The notes under the pieces are model-generated. The model made no database searches. It saw only the letters and a list, made by a program, of their open reading frames with translations, and was not told the DNA's origin. DNA of 64,000 nucleotides from NCBI GenBank assembly GCA_026770705.1, contig JANJGN010000012.1:49166001-49230000 (forward strand). The letters are read 5' to 3'. Positions 12,809 through 25,984 of the stretch are shown in pieces; the stretch's first letter is position 1; every line of letters starts with the position of its first letter. The translations under genes were made by a program, and so were the position numbers. The stretch is from Isurus oxyrinchus. Lineage: Eukaryota.

Positions 12809-12852
12809 TCCAGAAACTTTTCCAATTCCACATTTTTTCCCCCAAGAAAGCT

Positions 12853-13242
12853 TTCATGGGATGTGGGCATCACGGGCAAGGTCAGCATCTGTTGTCTATC
12901 CCTAATTGAACTGAGTGGCTTGCTAGGTCATTTCAGAGGGAAGTGAAAGGTAAACCACATTGCTGTGGGTCTGGAATCACATGTAGGCCAGACCAGGTAA
13001 AGATGGCAGATTTCCTTCTTTGAAGGGCATTTATGACCCAGACAGGCTTTTACAACAGCCAATTGTAGTTCTGTTCTGGCATCATTACTTGAGACCAACT
13101 TTCAATTCCATATTTGTTAATTGAATTTAAATTCCACCAGCTGCCACAGTTGGATATGAACTTATGTCCCCAGCGCATTAGCCTGAGCCTCTGGTTTACT
13201 AGACCAGTGACATTACTGTGACCACTATGCCGCTGTCTCCCC
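12853..13242 (-). mobile_element. tRNA-derived SINE with a CR1-group LINE-like 3' tail
   Basis: Head GGGGAGACAGCGGCATAGTGG with a B-box-like GTTCATATCC. The tail matches the 3' end of the LINE at 14990. Confidence 0.75.
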
Positions 13243-13578
13243 TATATATTTCCTAATGACACCTCACCACCAATTGTCACCTCCATTTTCTCTGATTTCT
13301 CAGATTGCTTTGATGAGCAGCCAATTGTGGATGAGGAGAAATTTCCTCCAACTGAATGTTGGGAAGCTGAAAGTTACTGGGTGAAGTTTATTTGATCTGA
13401 TTTTCCTGCAGTGAGAGGGAGTGACTTCTGGTGGGAACCTGATTGTTTATCATTGGGCTTTGTGATGACATTTTAGTTCAGCTACAGTCCCACTGCTGGG
13501 TTTCCTAACCAATCCCAGAGTGTGGGCCTCATGATAACTTGCACTAGTCAATGAAAGAACATCCATTTAAAGAGACCC

Positions 13579-14602
13579 TGTCAGGAATCATAATGGTTGC
13601 ATCAACATTGTTTCATGGAAGGGTGAGTGGCACACTGCTTTCCGGGAAGGTCAGTGGCACACTGCTTTCAGGAAGGGTGAGTGACACACTGCTTTCAGGT
13701 GCCATCCCATATTCCAACTTTCCCAGCCTTTTCCTGCATAGCACACACTGAGAACTGCTAACCAGATGTAACATACAACTTGCATTCCACCCAAGTGAGG
13801 TAAAAAGGGAACACTCAAACTCCCCTGAGGAATGTGAAATATTCCATCTCCTGCTGACTTTCACACTGTCTTGAAACTCTTCAATAGGGAGGAGACATCA
13901 GAATGCCATTACCTATTCGACAAAACGATAACTGCGGCAGACATGATAATCAAATTCTTCTAGTATATACAAGCCAGCAGGACTTTATAAAGCCAGGGAG
14001 AGCAGCAAAGATCAGAAAGATATGCTGAAAGGTTTCAAAGAGCCATGTCTCTATCTCTCGTAATATGCCCGATTTGCAAAGTAACCATCCTGATAAGAGA
14101 AATTTACTTCAAATAGAGATCTTTTGGGAATAAAACATGGAAATCTGCTCCATACCACTATGCCCAGGAAAACAGCTGAACAAAAGGGCCATAAAGTGGA
14201 ATCACCGCATCGAGAGTAGCTAATAATAATACAGAATACAGTTAACCGTATACTCCTTTGATTGTTTCTCCTCTTCACACACTGTAAAGTAACTTTAAGC
14301 CTATCCTCTTATTCTACCATCTGTACTAGTGTGTGTGGGGCCCAGGGAATGTGTGCTTACAGTTTAACCAGTTTTTTTTTAATTCAGGAAGTAGCTTCAA
14401 TAAACTTTGAACTTTAAACTTTGCTTTAAACTCAGAAAACCTGTCTGATTAATTCTGTAAAATCTGAAAGTGCACAAAGTGGGACTCCTGCAGTATTGGC
14501 AAAGCATATCCTCGCTAAATTCACAACTAAACCCTGTTACATCAGACCTGGAGTTGTAAATTAGGGGAGTCAATTTTTACCCCTCCTCACACGGCCGTGA
14601 CA
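13579..14602. repeat. Probable solo LTR
   Basis: TGTCA...TGACA termini, about 1 kb, AATAAA at about 14400. No convincing TSD. Confidence 0.55.
13617..13697. repeat. 27-bp tandem repeat, 3 copies
   Basis: GGAAGGGTGAGTGGCACACTGCTTTC(C/A) repeated three times. Confidence 0.9.
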
Positions 14603-14989
14603 ATATGGCCATTACATCCCCTGCACGCACTGCATTTCTCACACTCCAAACTTTCTGTTTTCTCTCCTTGCAGATGAAGAGAGGGCAGAATTCCAGAGAA
14701 AGACAGAGAACCAAGGATGGCCTCCAGTGATAGGCAACACCCTGACCACTGCAGTGGAGGGAGCCATGGGGGGCAGTAGAATGGCGGAGTGTATGATTAT
14801 TGCTGGTGGAGAGGTGGGGTCTTCCAGAATTCCATATCACTCAGCCACATAACACATGATACTCACTCATGTTGAATAGTTGTCACCATGAAGTGAAATA
14901 TGAAGATCTGCACAATGTAGACAGGGACCTGTTTCCACATATTAGTTCTAATTCATGTCTTTTATATCCCATAGTTCAACACTTTCATG

Positions 14990-17780
14990 CTTTCATGGGA
15001 TGTGGGCATCACTGGCTGGGCCAGCCAGCATCTATTGCCAATCCATAGTTGCCCTCGAGAAGGTGGTGGTGAGTTGCCTTCTTAAACTGCTGCGGTTCCA
15101 GTGGTGTAGGTATACCCACGGTGCTGTTAGGGAGGGAGTTCCAGGATTTTGACCCAGCGACAGTGAAGGAACAATGGTATATTTCCAAGTCAGGATGGTG
15201 AGTGACTTGAGGGGAGAACCTCCAGCTGGTGGTGTTCCCATGTAGCTGTTGCCCTTGTCCTTCTAGGTGGTAGAGGCCACAGGTTTGGAAGGTGCTGTCA
15301 AGGGAGCCTTGGTGAGTTTCTGCAGTGCATCTTGTAGATGCTGCACACTGCTGCTACTGTGCCTAGGTGGTGGAGGGAGTGAATGTTTGAAGATGTGGTG
15401 CCAATCAAGCGAGATGCTTTGTCATGGATGGTATCGAGCTTCTTGAGTGTTGTTGGAGCTGCATTCATCCAGCCAAGTAGAAAGCATCCCATCGCACTCC
15501 TGACTTGTGCCTTGTAGATGGTGGACAGGTTTTGGCAAGTCAGGAGATGAGTTACTCTCCGTAAAATTCCTAGCCTTTGATCTGCTCTTGTAGCCGCAAG
15601 TAGCTAGTCCAGTTCAGTTTCTGGTCAATGGCAACTCCTAGGATGTCGATAGTGGGGGATTCAGTGATGGTAATGCCATTGAACGTCAAGGGGCGACAGT
15701 TAATTGTCTCTTGTTGGAGATGGTCATTGCCTGGCACTTGTGTGACATGAATGTTACTTGCCACATATCAGCCCAAACCTGGATATTCTCCAGGTCTTGC
15801 CACCTTTGGACATGGACTGCTTCAGTATCTGAGGAGTTGCGAATGGTGCTGAACATTGTGCAATCATCAGAGAACATCCCCACTTCTGACCTTATGATGG
15901 AGGGAAGGTCATTGATGAAACAGCTGAAGATGGTTGGGCTGAGGACACTCCTGAAGTAACATACTGGTGCTGAAATGATTGGCCTTCAATTATTTTCAAC
16001 AACCACAACCATCTTCCTTTGTGCTAAGTATGAGAGTTTTCCTCCTGATTCCCATTGACTCCAGTTTTGCTGGGACTCCTTGATGCTACACACAGTCACA
16101 TGCTGCCTTGATGTCAAGGGCAGTTACTCTCACCTCATCTCGCGAGTTCAGCTCTTTTGTCCATCTTTGGACTAAGGTTGCATGAGGTCAGGAGCTGAAT
16201 AACTCTGGCGGAACTCAAACTGAGCATCAATGAACAGGTTATTTCTAAACAAGTGCCACTTCATAACACTGTTGATGACCCCTTCCATCACTTTCCTGAT
16301 GATCAAGAGTAGACCGATTGGGTGGTAATTGGTTGGGTTGGACTTGTCCTGCCTTCTGTGTCAGGACATACCTGGGCAATTTTCCACTTGGCCGTGTTGA
16401 TGCCAGTGTTGTAGCTGTACTGGAACAGCTTGGCTAGTTCTGGAGCACAAGTCTTCAGTATAACAGCCTGGATGTGGTCAGGGCCCATAGCCTTTGTAGT
16501 ATCCAGTACCATTAGCCATTTCTTGATATCATGTGGAGTCAATTGGCTGAAGACTGGTTTCTGCAATGTTGGGATCTCAGGAGGAGGCTGAGATGAATCA
16601 TGCACTTGGAACTTCTGGCTGAAGATGGTTGAAAACATTTCAGCCTTGTCTTTTGCATGGATGTGCTGGGCTTCTCCATCATTGAGGATGCTGATGTCCT
16701 TGGAGCCTACTCCTTCAGTTAATTATGTAATCGTCCTAGATGCGGGAGGACTGCTGAGCTTTAATATGATGCGTTGGTTGGAGGATCATCTTGCTCTTTC
16801 TATAACATTCTGCTTCTACTGTCTAGCATGCAATTAGTCCTGTGTTGTAACTTCACTGTGTATGCCTGGTGCTGCTCCTGGCATGCCCTCCTGCATTCTT
16901 CATTGAACCAGGGTTGATCTCCTGGCATAATGGTAATAGTAGAGTGGGGGATATGCCAGGCCATGAGGTTACAGATTGTGGTTGAGTACAATTCTGCAGC
17001 TGCTGATGACCCATGGAGACTCATGGATACCCAGTTTTGAGTTGCTAGATCTGTTCTGAACCTAACCCATTTAGCATGGTGTTAGTGCCACACAACACAA
17101 TGGAGGTAGTCTCATTGTGAAGATGGGACTTCATCTCCACATGGACTATGCGGTGGTCACTCCTACCTACCTCTCATGGACAGATGCATCTGTGACAGGT
17201 AGGTTGATGAGGACCAGGTCTAAAAGGTCTTTCCCTCTTGTTGGTTCTCACACGACCTGCCCAGACCCAGCCTAGCAGTTATGTCCTTTGGTACTCAGCC
17301 AGCCCAGTCAGTGATGCTACCGAGCCATTCTTGGTGTTGTCCCTCACACAGGGTACATTCTGTGCCCTGGCCACCCTCAATGCTTCCTCCAAGTGGTGTT
17401 CAACATGAGGAGCACTGATTCATCAGCTGAGGGATGGCAGTAGGTGGTAATCAGCAGGAGGTTGTCTTGCCCATGTTTGATATGATTCAATGAAACGTCA
17501 TTGGATTCAGAGCCAATGTTGAGGACTCCCAGGGCAACTCCCTACTGACTGTATACCACTGTGTGTCTGTCCTGCTGTTGGAACAGGACCTACCCAGGTA
17601 TGGTTCAATGAATATGACTATATCAGGCTGTTGCTTCATGAGTGCATAGTCTAGCTCTCCCAATTTTGGCACACACCCCCTGATGTTAGTGAGGATGCAT
17701 TTGGAGGGTGGACTGGGCAGGATGTGCCTTTGTCATTTTTGGTGCCTAGGTTGATGTTGGATGGTCCATCAGGTTTTATT
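14990..17780 (-). mobile_element. CR1-group LINE family A, ORF2 (APE-RT), decayed with internal deletions
   Basis: Motifs KLGEL..KQQPDIVI, PGDQPWFNEECRRAC, AMGPDHI..LKTCAPELA, FSDDCT and MNAAPTTLKKLDTI. 3' tail at about 14990. Confidence 0.9.
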
Positions 17781-17817
17781 CTCAATAATCCTGATGGAAG
17801 GTCACAATTAAAACATT

Positions 17818-18603
17818 GGGCAGAATTTTATATGCCCCCACACCAGCAAGTTTGTGGCCGGAAGTGGCCGTGAGTGGCCGTAAAATTGCCTGGATGCCCT
17901 TCCCACTGGGTTCCCAACGTCCAAACCTTGCCACAATTTTACACCAGGATGGGTGAGGCCTAGACCAGTTCACTCACCCTTGCCTGAGTTGAGCCCTTAA
18001 GTGGCCAATTATTGACCACTTAAAGGCCGTTTCCCACCCAGCCTCAATTTTCCGGCTGGCAGGAGGAGTTCAGGGGCAGAGGGGAAGCCCAAAAAGTGAC
18101 CCTGTTCAGGCCTCAGGTGTGGTGTGGCGTTGTGAGGGCCGGGGTGGGTGGGGTGTTGTTGTCTCCATCAGCAGTCTCCTTTTAACATAGGGCACCACCC
18201 CCCCCCCAACACCAGAAGGACAAGTTCCTGCAGGTCCTCCCTCCCCTTCTAACCTCTCCACTAACACCCCCATCCACTTGTGCCCAACCCTCTGGGCCTC
18301 ACTTCCCCTCCCCTTCCTGAGACCCCAAAACCTACCTGGTTCTGGACTCCCAGGACTTAGACTCCAGTAACTGCTTGCAGCCTCTGGTGCTGTAGAGCCT
18401 AGAGAGCTGCTGACAAATCAGGTTGGCTGGCAACTCCTTGAAGCAGGACTTCCTCCTGTACTTGGGGCAGAAGTCCCGCCTCCAGCCAATTAATGTTTGT
18501 TGGAGGGTGAAGTGGCTGTGGGGCAAGCAGTATCGCCAGGGATGTGTTTCCACTGACTCGTCGGATGACAGGAAGGCATCCCACCATCCTAAAAATCCTG
18601 GCC
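17818..18603. mobile_element. Harbinger-type MITE
   Basis: TIRs GGGCAGAATTTT / AAAATCCTGGCC with a perfect ATT/ATT TSD. Confidence 0.85.
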
Positions 18604-19464
18604 ATTAACTCTATTTTTCTCTCCACAGATGCTGCCAGACCTGCTGATTATTTCCAGCATTTTTGTTTTTTAAGAGAGGAACCATTTCAGCACTCTTGGG
18701 TTCGAAGAAAGATTTAGAAGCCTTTTCTTGAGAGAGGGAGGAGAGTGAAACTATGGCATATTTTGCCCCCACCATGACTTCATTTATATCATTAGGTTCA
18801 CTTTTTCAAACAAATGAAGTGAGCTTTCCCTTTGGTTAATTCTGAAAACCACCACCCCCATGCTGAGCACCAACACCACCACCACCACCCCACCCCCCCC
18901 CCCCCCAACCTTTTTTGTCCTTTACCTTCAGTTCTCCCTCCAACTCCCGCTCACACCCACCACCTCCTCCTTTCTGACCCTCGTCTCTTCTTTCATGGTC
19001 ACTTCCATCCACTCCCTGCCACAAACCATAGGTAAAAACCCTCTTTTCTGAGAATTCCAACCAGCAGAACACAGAGCCAGAACCCCTCCCGCTAACAGCA
19101 GGAATCTGGGCTGACTGTCCAAGATGGAGATAGGCCAAACCACACTGCATTTAACCAGGAGGCACTGACCATGGGACAGGCCCACTAAATTCTGAAATTG
19201 GTAACAACACACAAGTATCAGTAAATAAAGTCCAGCCAGAGTGTGCACATTCAGCGAAGATAGTGATAGGGGCAACATGTATGATTGTCATAGCCCTGAT
19301 TTTCCTTGCTCCTGCATTGGTGGTTGTGCCTAAGCTCAGGAATTCACTCCCTAAACATTTCTAAAAACATAGCTCCTTGAATAAGCTTTTATGGCTCAGT
19401 GATGGATTTTGCCTGATTATGTTCTGGTGAAGCACACTGGGTCAATTCACTACTATAGGCGCAA

Positions 19465-19955
19465 TGTAACCTCTTGAGCCTGGAAATCTGTTGTTCCGAA
19501 ACACCAGTTGTCCGAAAACGTTTTGCGTGGACCCAAGCTACTAATGGACTCACCACTCGACTGACTGTTCAGGCACTGCAACAATCACAAGGACATGGGC
19601 TCATTAAGATAATGAACATTTAACTCTCCTTTACTGTGGGCCACGGTATTTTTGGGAGTGCAGTTTTGGAGCAAGCAGAGCAGGTATCAAGTACAGTATT
19701 AAAATGTTAAACAAGCGATGTGTTTGTGTAATGCAAGGCTTATAATCCATTGTAATTAGTAGTCCTAAATTACAAAAGGATTTGTCAGGCTGCTACATTT
19801 TAAATGTCAAAGGTCCTAGCTTACCCATTTTTACCATGTGTTTTCTTGTTCATGCATTTGTGATTAGGCATTCTAATGTCATTCTACAATGCAGAAAATT
19901 TCAAAATCCAGAAACGACTTGGCCCCAAAAATTCCAGACGAGGGAGGTTACAGTG
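19465..19955. mobile_element. Tc1/mariner-pogo-like MITE
   Basis: Inverted ends TGTAACCTC / GAGGTTACA; non-coding. Confidence 0.5.
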
Positions 19956-21300
19956 CATTAACACAAATTGTTAACACGTTTACATGCATAGTGTAGTAGT
20001 GCCATCTGTTGGTGGATGCTGGTACCACATCCAGCTCTCACAACCCACACTGAAACTCAACAAGTCTTTCAATAACCCCCTGGACATTAAATATATCGGG
20101 TGGAATTTTCTGTGCCCACTACCGTCGGGCATCATGGTGGGCATGAGCCAACAATGTGGCGCAAAGGCCAAAAATTGGTTTCATGCCATTGTGAAATCAG
20201 TTTGCAATCGTCTGTTCTGCCTGTCAATGGCAGCTGCATTTCCCACCACCGCATGTCAGGAACTTCATTGTAATACACCTGCATACATTATAAGGCCAGC
20301 TCAGCAGAATCAACCCCCCCACGCTGGATCATCCGGGCATGTCGGAGCGATTGCACGCTGGCGTGTTTCACAACAGCATTTATACGGTTTGCATCTGCTG
20401 AGCTGCACTTTGAGGGGAACTCAGAGGTGAGTGCACAGTACATTGCACAGCACCTGCGAGGGTTGCCTGTTTGACTTCAAGGTTGAGGCATCGCACATTC
20501 AGGCGAGGGCACAGGCAAGTCGCTTTTTCCTGGCAGGCTGACAGTGCGGTGCCAGAGCAAGGTCTGCCCTGTGGTTGGGGCGAGTTGGCAGGAGGGCAAG
20601 GGCTGCACTGTGATTGATGGTAGTTCACAAGCACATGCTTGGGGGGCGGACTTGGGGCAGAGAGAAGCGGCCACAAATTAAGGAAACCTTGTACAAACTC
20701 ACCAAACCTACACAGCTGAGACAGTTCAGGCGCAGCCACATTGACATGCTTGGGGTCAGGCCTCCAGCGTATCTGCCCACTCAAACAATGCAGAGGCATG
20801 AAAGTGCCACCAACTGCTGCAGAGCTTTCCACCCCTCGGGCACAGACTGCAAACTAATGAGCTCTTTAGTGGACTGAAGAACAGCTGGACAACTGGGCAC
20901 ATTGTACAATCTCCTTGCTAAAGTTGGCCGTGGAGCTGTCACTGGTGGAGATGCTCACAGTCCCTTTCGATGTCATTATCCCGGTTTGGGCCAGTCTCCC
21001 CCATGGTTCAAGCTAACAGTGCAGCCTTGCAGTGTGGGTTAGGAGAATGGCTGTGCCTGAGCTGGGACACAGCATGCAGTCCAGTGGGCAAAGCTGCCAA
21101 TCAGTCAGCTGGAGTGGGGCGGAGGTGGGTGGGGTCTCGGTCAGCCATGCAGTGCGCTAAACTCTGGCCATCCAAGTGGTGGTCAGCACTGTCCGGGATG
21201 CGTTAATTGTCCTCCAGACTTAACCAGGAGAGGTTCTTAGTACACACATGCTAACCCACAGGCTCTCTCTTTCATCCTGCATGAGGAGTACATCAGCAGC

Positions 21301-22490
21301 ATGGAGCCTGGTGACCAGCTGTGTGCCTCATGGCTTACAAGGAGTGGAGACAAAGGAGAAGCGAGCGACAGAGGCACCTAGCTGGGCAGAGGGAGGAGCA
21401 GCCCCTCAGGGAGAAGGGGCAGCTGGGAGTCCCACCAATGTGAACCATCACTGATTGGTGCCCAGCTAGACCCAGGGTCTATAGATGCCACTTGTTATTC
21501 CTGCAGATGACTGAGAACCAGTGTCACCAAAGACTGCACATGTCTAGGGAACTGGTCACTCACATCTCCCATTTGCTGCAGGATTTGGCACCATGGGGAC
21601 ATCCACTGCCAGTGGCCATGAAAATGACCGTGGTGCTCAATTCCTATGCCAGTGGCTCTGTTCAGGGCTCCACAAGTGACCTGGGTGGGATATCACAAAC
21701 CTCCACCCACAAATGCATGCATGAGGTCACAGACAACGTCTTTGCGAAGGACACAACTTAGTGCAATTCACCCAGGCCTGGAGAACCTGGATGCAAGAGC
21801 GCTGGGATTTGCCCAGATCCCAGGTTCCCCACTGGTGCAGGGTGACATCGACTGCACTCACACGGTGCTCCGATCTCCGTGGCAACAAGTGGTCAACAAT
21901 GTCAATCACAATGGTTTCCATTTGCTGAATGTGCAGCTGATGTGCGACCACCACAAACGCATCCTCCAGGTCTGCACTCGGCTCCCAGGGGGTGTCCACA
22001 ACTCCTACATTCTCAGTCAGTCACAGATCCCTGATATCCTCCAGGGCCCACAGAGGCTGCAGCGTTGGTTTCTTGGGGACAAGGGCTACCCACAGAGGAC
22101 GTGGCTGATGATGCTCGTGCGGCGGCCTCAGACTGCAGCAGAGAGAAGGTAAACGAGGCTCATACTGTGACTTGATAGAGCAAACCATTGGAATGTTCAA
22201 AATGAGGTTCCGGTGCCTGGACCGGTCTGGTGGAGCCCTGCAATACAGTCCACAGAAGGTGTCACACATCATCGTCGTCTGCTGCGCCCTTTACAACCTG
22301 GTGCTGCAACGGGGAGAGGTGTCTGAGGAGGAGATGGAAGAGCTGCATGTCTCCTCTGATGAGGAGAATACTGATGGGGATAAGGGTGAGGAGGGCCTCG
22401 AAGGCAAAGATAATGGCTCTGCAGCCATCGCAGTGGCCAGAAGAGGGAGGCCCTCATAGCTGCTATATTCATGGAGGATGATTATGACAT
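21301..22490 (+). pseudogene. Harbinger (HARBI1-like) transposase
   Basis: Motifs LNSYASGSVQGSTSDLGGISQ, QGDIDCTH, GFHLLNVQLMCDH, WFLGDKGYP and IEQTIGMFKMRFRCLDRSGGALQY, plus an acidic tail. Stops and frameshifts are present. Confidence 0.92.
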
Positions 22491-23050
22491 GCAATCAAGA
22501 GTCTCCATAAATCCTCACATTGCATCTTTGACTCCTGTCTGGCTGATGGCAGATCGCTTGCCCTCTGTGAACAGGGTCATATCGTGGAGATACAGTGGGG
22601 AAACTTTAACTTCTCCTGATCCTATGGCATCCTTTGTGAACTGAACCCTTCAGGATCACACTGTCACCGGACACAGATGCTGATGAGATGGGGGCCAGCC
22701 CCACTTCAAAGGTGCTGGGAGCACACGGAGGGAATGACAGAACTCTGTGCCACCAGCCCAGGACATTCTGGCAGCAACAATAAGCCCCATTGAGGAGCAG
22801 GCTGACCGATGTGTCCAGTGACAGTGAGGGTGCACCATCAGTGTGTGGGAAGGCTGCACAAATCACAGGGAAGAGGCCTTGGACTGAGACACTTGCCCTT
22901 ATCTTGTGCAGGAACCAAGGTTTCACATCTGAGTGACACGAACACTGATCATCAGAACAAAGAACCAAAGGCAGGGAGACATTCTTGGGAGTTTATTAAC
23001 AAAATGAACAAAATGTACAAGTGATTAACACCCATTCCCAAGCTGTGCAG

Positions 23051-23441
23051 CACCCGGTGTGGAGGGGGGGCCAGGAGGGAGGAGGACCTCCTCGTGAACC
23101 TGCTCCTGGGCCTGGCCAAGTTGGCTATTAACAGGTCCAGGCAGCAGGCTATCGAGGGGGTCATCCGATCCGACTGTCTGCCCCTCTTCCGCGGCTACGT
23201 TCACGCCCGGGTGTCCCTGGAGAGGGAGCACGCGGTGTCTGTCGGAACCCTCGAAGCCTTCCATGCCCAGTGGGCACTGCAGGGACTGGGGTGTTTTATT
23301 GACCTCTTTAATCACATTTTGATTTGATGTTTGTAAGTTTCCTTTGTGATTTGTTTCTCTTTTGCAGTACCCCTTTAAAGGGCTGCCCCTTACTTTGTTC
23401 CTCATTTTCTTTAATTTAGTTTGCTTGGTTGTACTCAAAAA
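23051..23441 (+). mobile_element. 5'-truncated Tx1-clade LINE (ORF2 C-terminus and 3' UTR)
   Basis: EDLLVNLLLGLAKLAINRSRQQAIEG..DCLPLFRGYVHARVSLEREH..F..QW* resembles the Tx1 ORF2 end. It is followed by a T-rich 3' UTR and short A tail, and is richer in CpG than its host. Confidence 0.75.
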
Positions 23442-23444
23442 CAG

Positions 23445-24710
23445 TTAATCTTCTTAACCTTCCTAGCTCTGTCGCTACATCTTGGTGCTCCCTGGACATC
23501 CACAACAGAGGTGGAGGCAGCCTGCTGACTGCTACACCCTGTCTGTCATGACCTTGATTGGCGTCTTCTGGAGGGCTGAGACTCAGAGGGCCCAGCCTGT
23601 TTTCTCAGTCCTGCTGTGCAGCAGTGGCACCTTCCTCAGCCTGCGGAGCTTGAACGGCTGGGCTCACAGGAAGTGGGGATTCTGATGGGCCAGAGTCACC
23701 TGGGTGGATGGCTCCTGAGCATGCACCTGCTGATCCTCCTCCCTAAGGGTGCCTAGAGCCCTGGCTGACACCTTGAGGAGGGGTAGCTGGAGTGAGATCG
23801 AGCTGCCCCGCACCACTCTCACGTTGACAATATTGGAGGCCAACTATGGTGGCAGCAATGGATTTCAGCCGGCGCAGCAGTCCAGGATCAATGTCCTGGA
23901 TCCAGGTCTCAATCATGGCTACCATTCTGCCAGCATTGACTTTGGTGCGTTGGCATGCCGGCACTATCACCTCAGCCTGAAGGTGGACAGACTCCTCCAA
24001 CATGCCTTGCAATCTGAGGAGTGCGGCGGACATCCCTTCCTTATGTTCCTGAGTTTGCCTTTGCAGCTCCAGCAATTGTGACATGACCGAGTCCAGAGGC
24101 TCATCATCTGACTTGGACTCAGCAGATTTCTGGTCCTCAGCTATCCTCTGGGTGCAGGACACCTGGGAAGTCCCTGCCACTGTCTGCTGTGGATCAGACA
24201 CTGCAACCTCTCCCTTTTGTTGTGTGCCAGCTTGTCTTGCATGAATACAGATGGAGAGAGTGTAAGCAGGATGCCTGTCAGGCCAGATGATAAGTATGCC
24301 TGGCCTGTGCGGTTGGTGAGTTGTGCCATGGACGGGATGAGGATGATGAAGGTGTATGTGGGAGAGTGAACGGTGATGTCCCTTGAACTGGCAGTGAGTG
24401 AGGGTCCAATGGATGTGTGATAGGTTTGTGAGTCTGAGAGTTGAGAGTGATGAGAAGAGCAACTTACGTTTATGGAACGGAAGAGATCATTCATCCTCTT
24501 TCAGCACTGAGTGACTTTCCTCTTTTGCAGGGCATTGCCACTGACCACCACTGCCACTGCATCCCAACCTGGATAGGTGATGTTGCTGCCTTTCCTGCGG
24601 CCAGCATGGGGGTAGAGGACATCGTGACAGGCCTCCGCAGCATCCAAAAGACATTCCAGTGACGTGTCACTGAATTGGGGGGCTGCAGTCTTCTTTCCTA
24701 TTGGGGCCAT
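23445..24710 (-). pseudogene. Harbinger Myb/SANT-like partner gene (copy 2)
   Basis: MAPIGKKTAAPQFSDTSLECLLDAAEA..W.AVA..QC.KRMNDL, then donor GTAAGT at 24467. Followed by DKLAHNKR, a coiled coil (LLELQRQ) and a basic C-terminus. Confidence 0.82.
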
Positions 24711-25230
24711 GTCTTCTGTGCAGCAGGCCTGGGCTGGAAGTACTGAGGTTTGTGCACGTGGCTGCAATTTAAATATGGTGCGCAGCATGAGGAAGAAGCG
24801 TGGTGGCAGCGTGGAGGGCAAATCGGAGGCCGCTCGCCAGTGAAACAGTGTGTTTCCCGGGAATACTCGATTAATGAGGCGGGATTGGGATGATATAGTG
24901 TGAAAAGCTGCTACTGCGCCCGGCGGATAAAATGTTCTTTCTCCTGGCCATTACTGCACCTAGTGCAAATCTGGGGTGATTCTGGCCATTGTCTCATGTT
25001 CATCAGTTCTCTACTTTGAGAACTTGTTTTTTTTTAATCGATTAAAGCCTCAGCTACAATGGTGGACAATGGAATTTCTCACAATCTGATTAAAGGTTCA
25101 TTCACACAATTCCAATTTTGTAATCTGGGAGGTTTCAATTATACAGTTACCAAGTTAAAGTTATACAGTTAAGTGCTTAAGGTAGCACAGATACTTTGTT
25201 AAAGTTACATGGTAGTTGGTTGCATAAACA

Positions 25231-25984
25231 TATTATGTTATTGGAAATTATTTTAAATTGGACTTGTAAAAGGGTCTGTGTCTGTAAGTACGTGTGTCTT
25301 AATTGGATTAAAGACAGCTAGTCTGGGTGCTTTGATGTGTAGTTTTCAGAAGTTAAACAGTAAGGTGGAGGGTACATTTGCATTTTGTTGAATAAACCAT
25401 TCAAAGATTGGGGTGAAATCTTGCACCTAGCTAGGAGACACCAAGTAATATGTTTATATTACTAATAAAATTGGCACTCTGAGAGGGGTTTTATTGTTAG
25501 GAGAGGTGGAGTTCCAAGGGCCTGGTGATACAAAGAGAAGGCTAGGTATATACAGAAAAGAGTTTGGTGTGTGAGTCAGAGGCATGTAACATCTATGTAG
25601 CCTGCAAGCCTACAACTGTGCGAAGGAACCAAATTGAAAGGAACCTCATTTTGAGACAAAATGTGCTTTGCCTGGTGTCTGTTTAAGTCTATGGGTTACT
25701 GTTGCCTTAGGGAAGATTTACTTGGGAGTAATTAATTTGGGAATTTGTTTAAAAGTTATTATGGTAGTAATTTGTAGACACATGTATCTGTTTAATTTCT
25801 TGTTAAGTTGATAAATGTTTAATTTAATCTAGATTAAAAATCCTCTTGAGGCTTGGCGGTTTCATTTCTGAATTCAGAGCTGCAACTCAGGCACACCAAT
25901 TGCAAAAATAGGTTATGACAGTTGTTTAAAGTTTCCCTCTGGGATTTTAATAACTCAGCCTTTACCAACTGCTGTGTCATAACA
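25231..25984. repeat. Probable solo LTR
   Basis: T(A/G)TTATG...CATAACA termini and LTR-like composition. No clear TSD. Confidence 0.55.

Larger units (their letters stand above)
11950..13390 (+). mobile_element. Old L2-like LINE remnants interrupted by SINEs
   Basis: RT-region motif WMRRNFLQLNVGK at about 13328-13370; pyrimidine-rich sequence typical of L2. Confidence 0.5.
20098..24987. mobile_element. PIF/Harbinger DNA transposon copy 2 (distinct family)
   Basis: TIRs GGGTGGAATTTT / GATTCTGGCC, TSD ATC/ATT; convergent transposase (+) and Myb/SANT gene (-). Confidence 0.88.

Noticed and set aside
13617-13697. CRISPR-like array
   Set aside because: The units are directly adjacent with no spacers, in a eukaryotic context.
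18830-19280. Poly-His/Pro/Thr ORFs
   Set aside because: A C-rich low-complexity tract within L2-like debris.
19825-19886. Small minus-strand exon-like segment (AG..GTAAGC)
   Set aside because: It lies inside a MITE and shows no link to the host gene.
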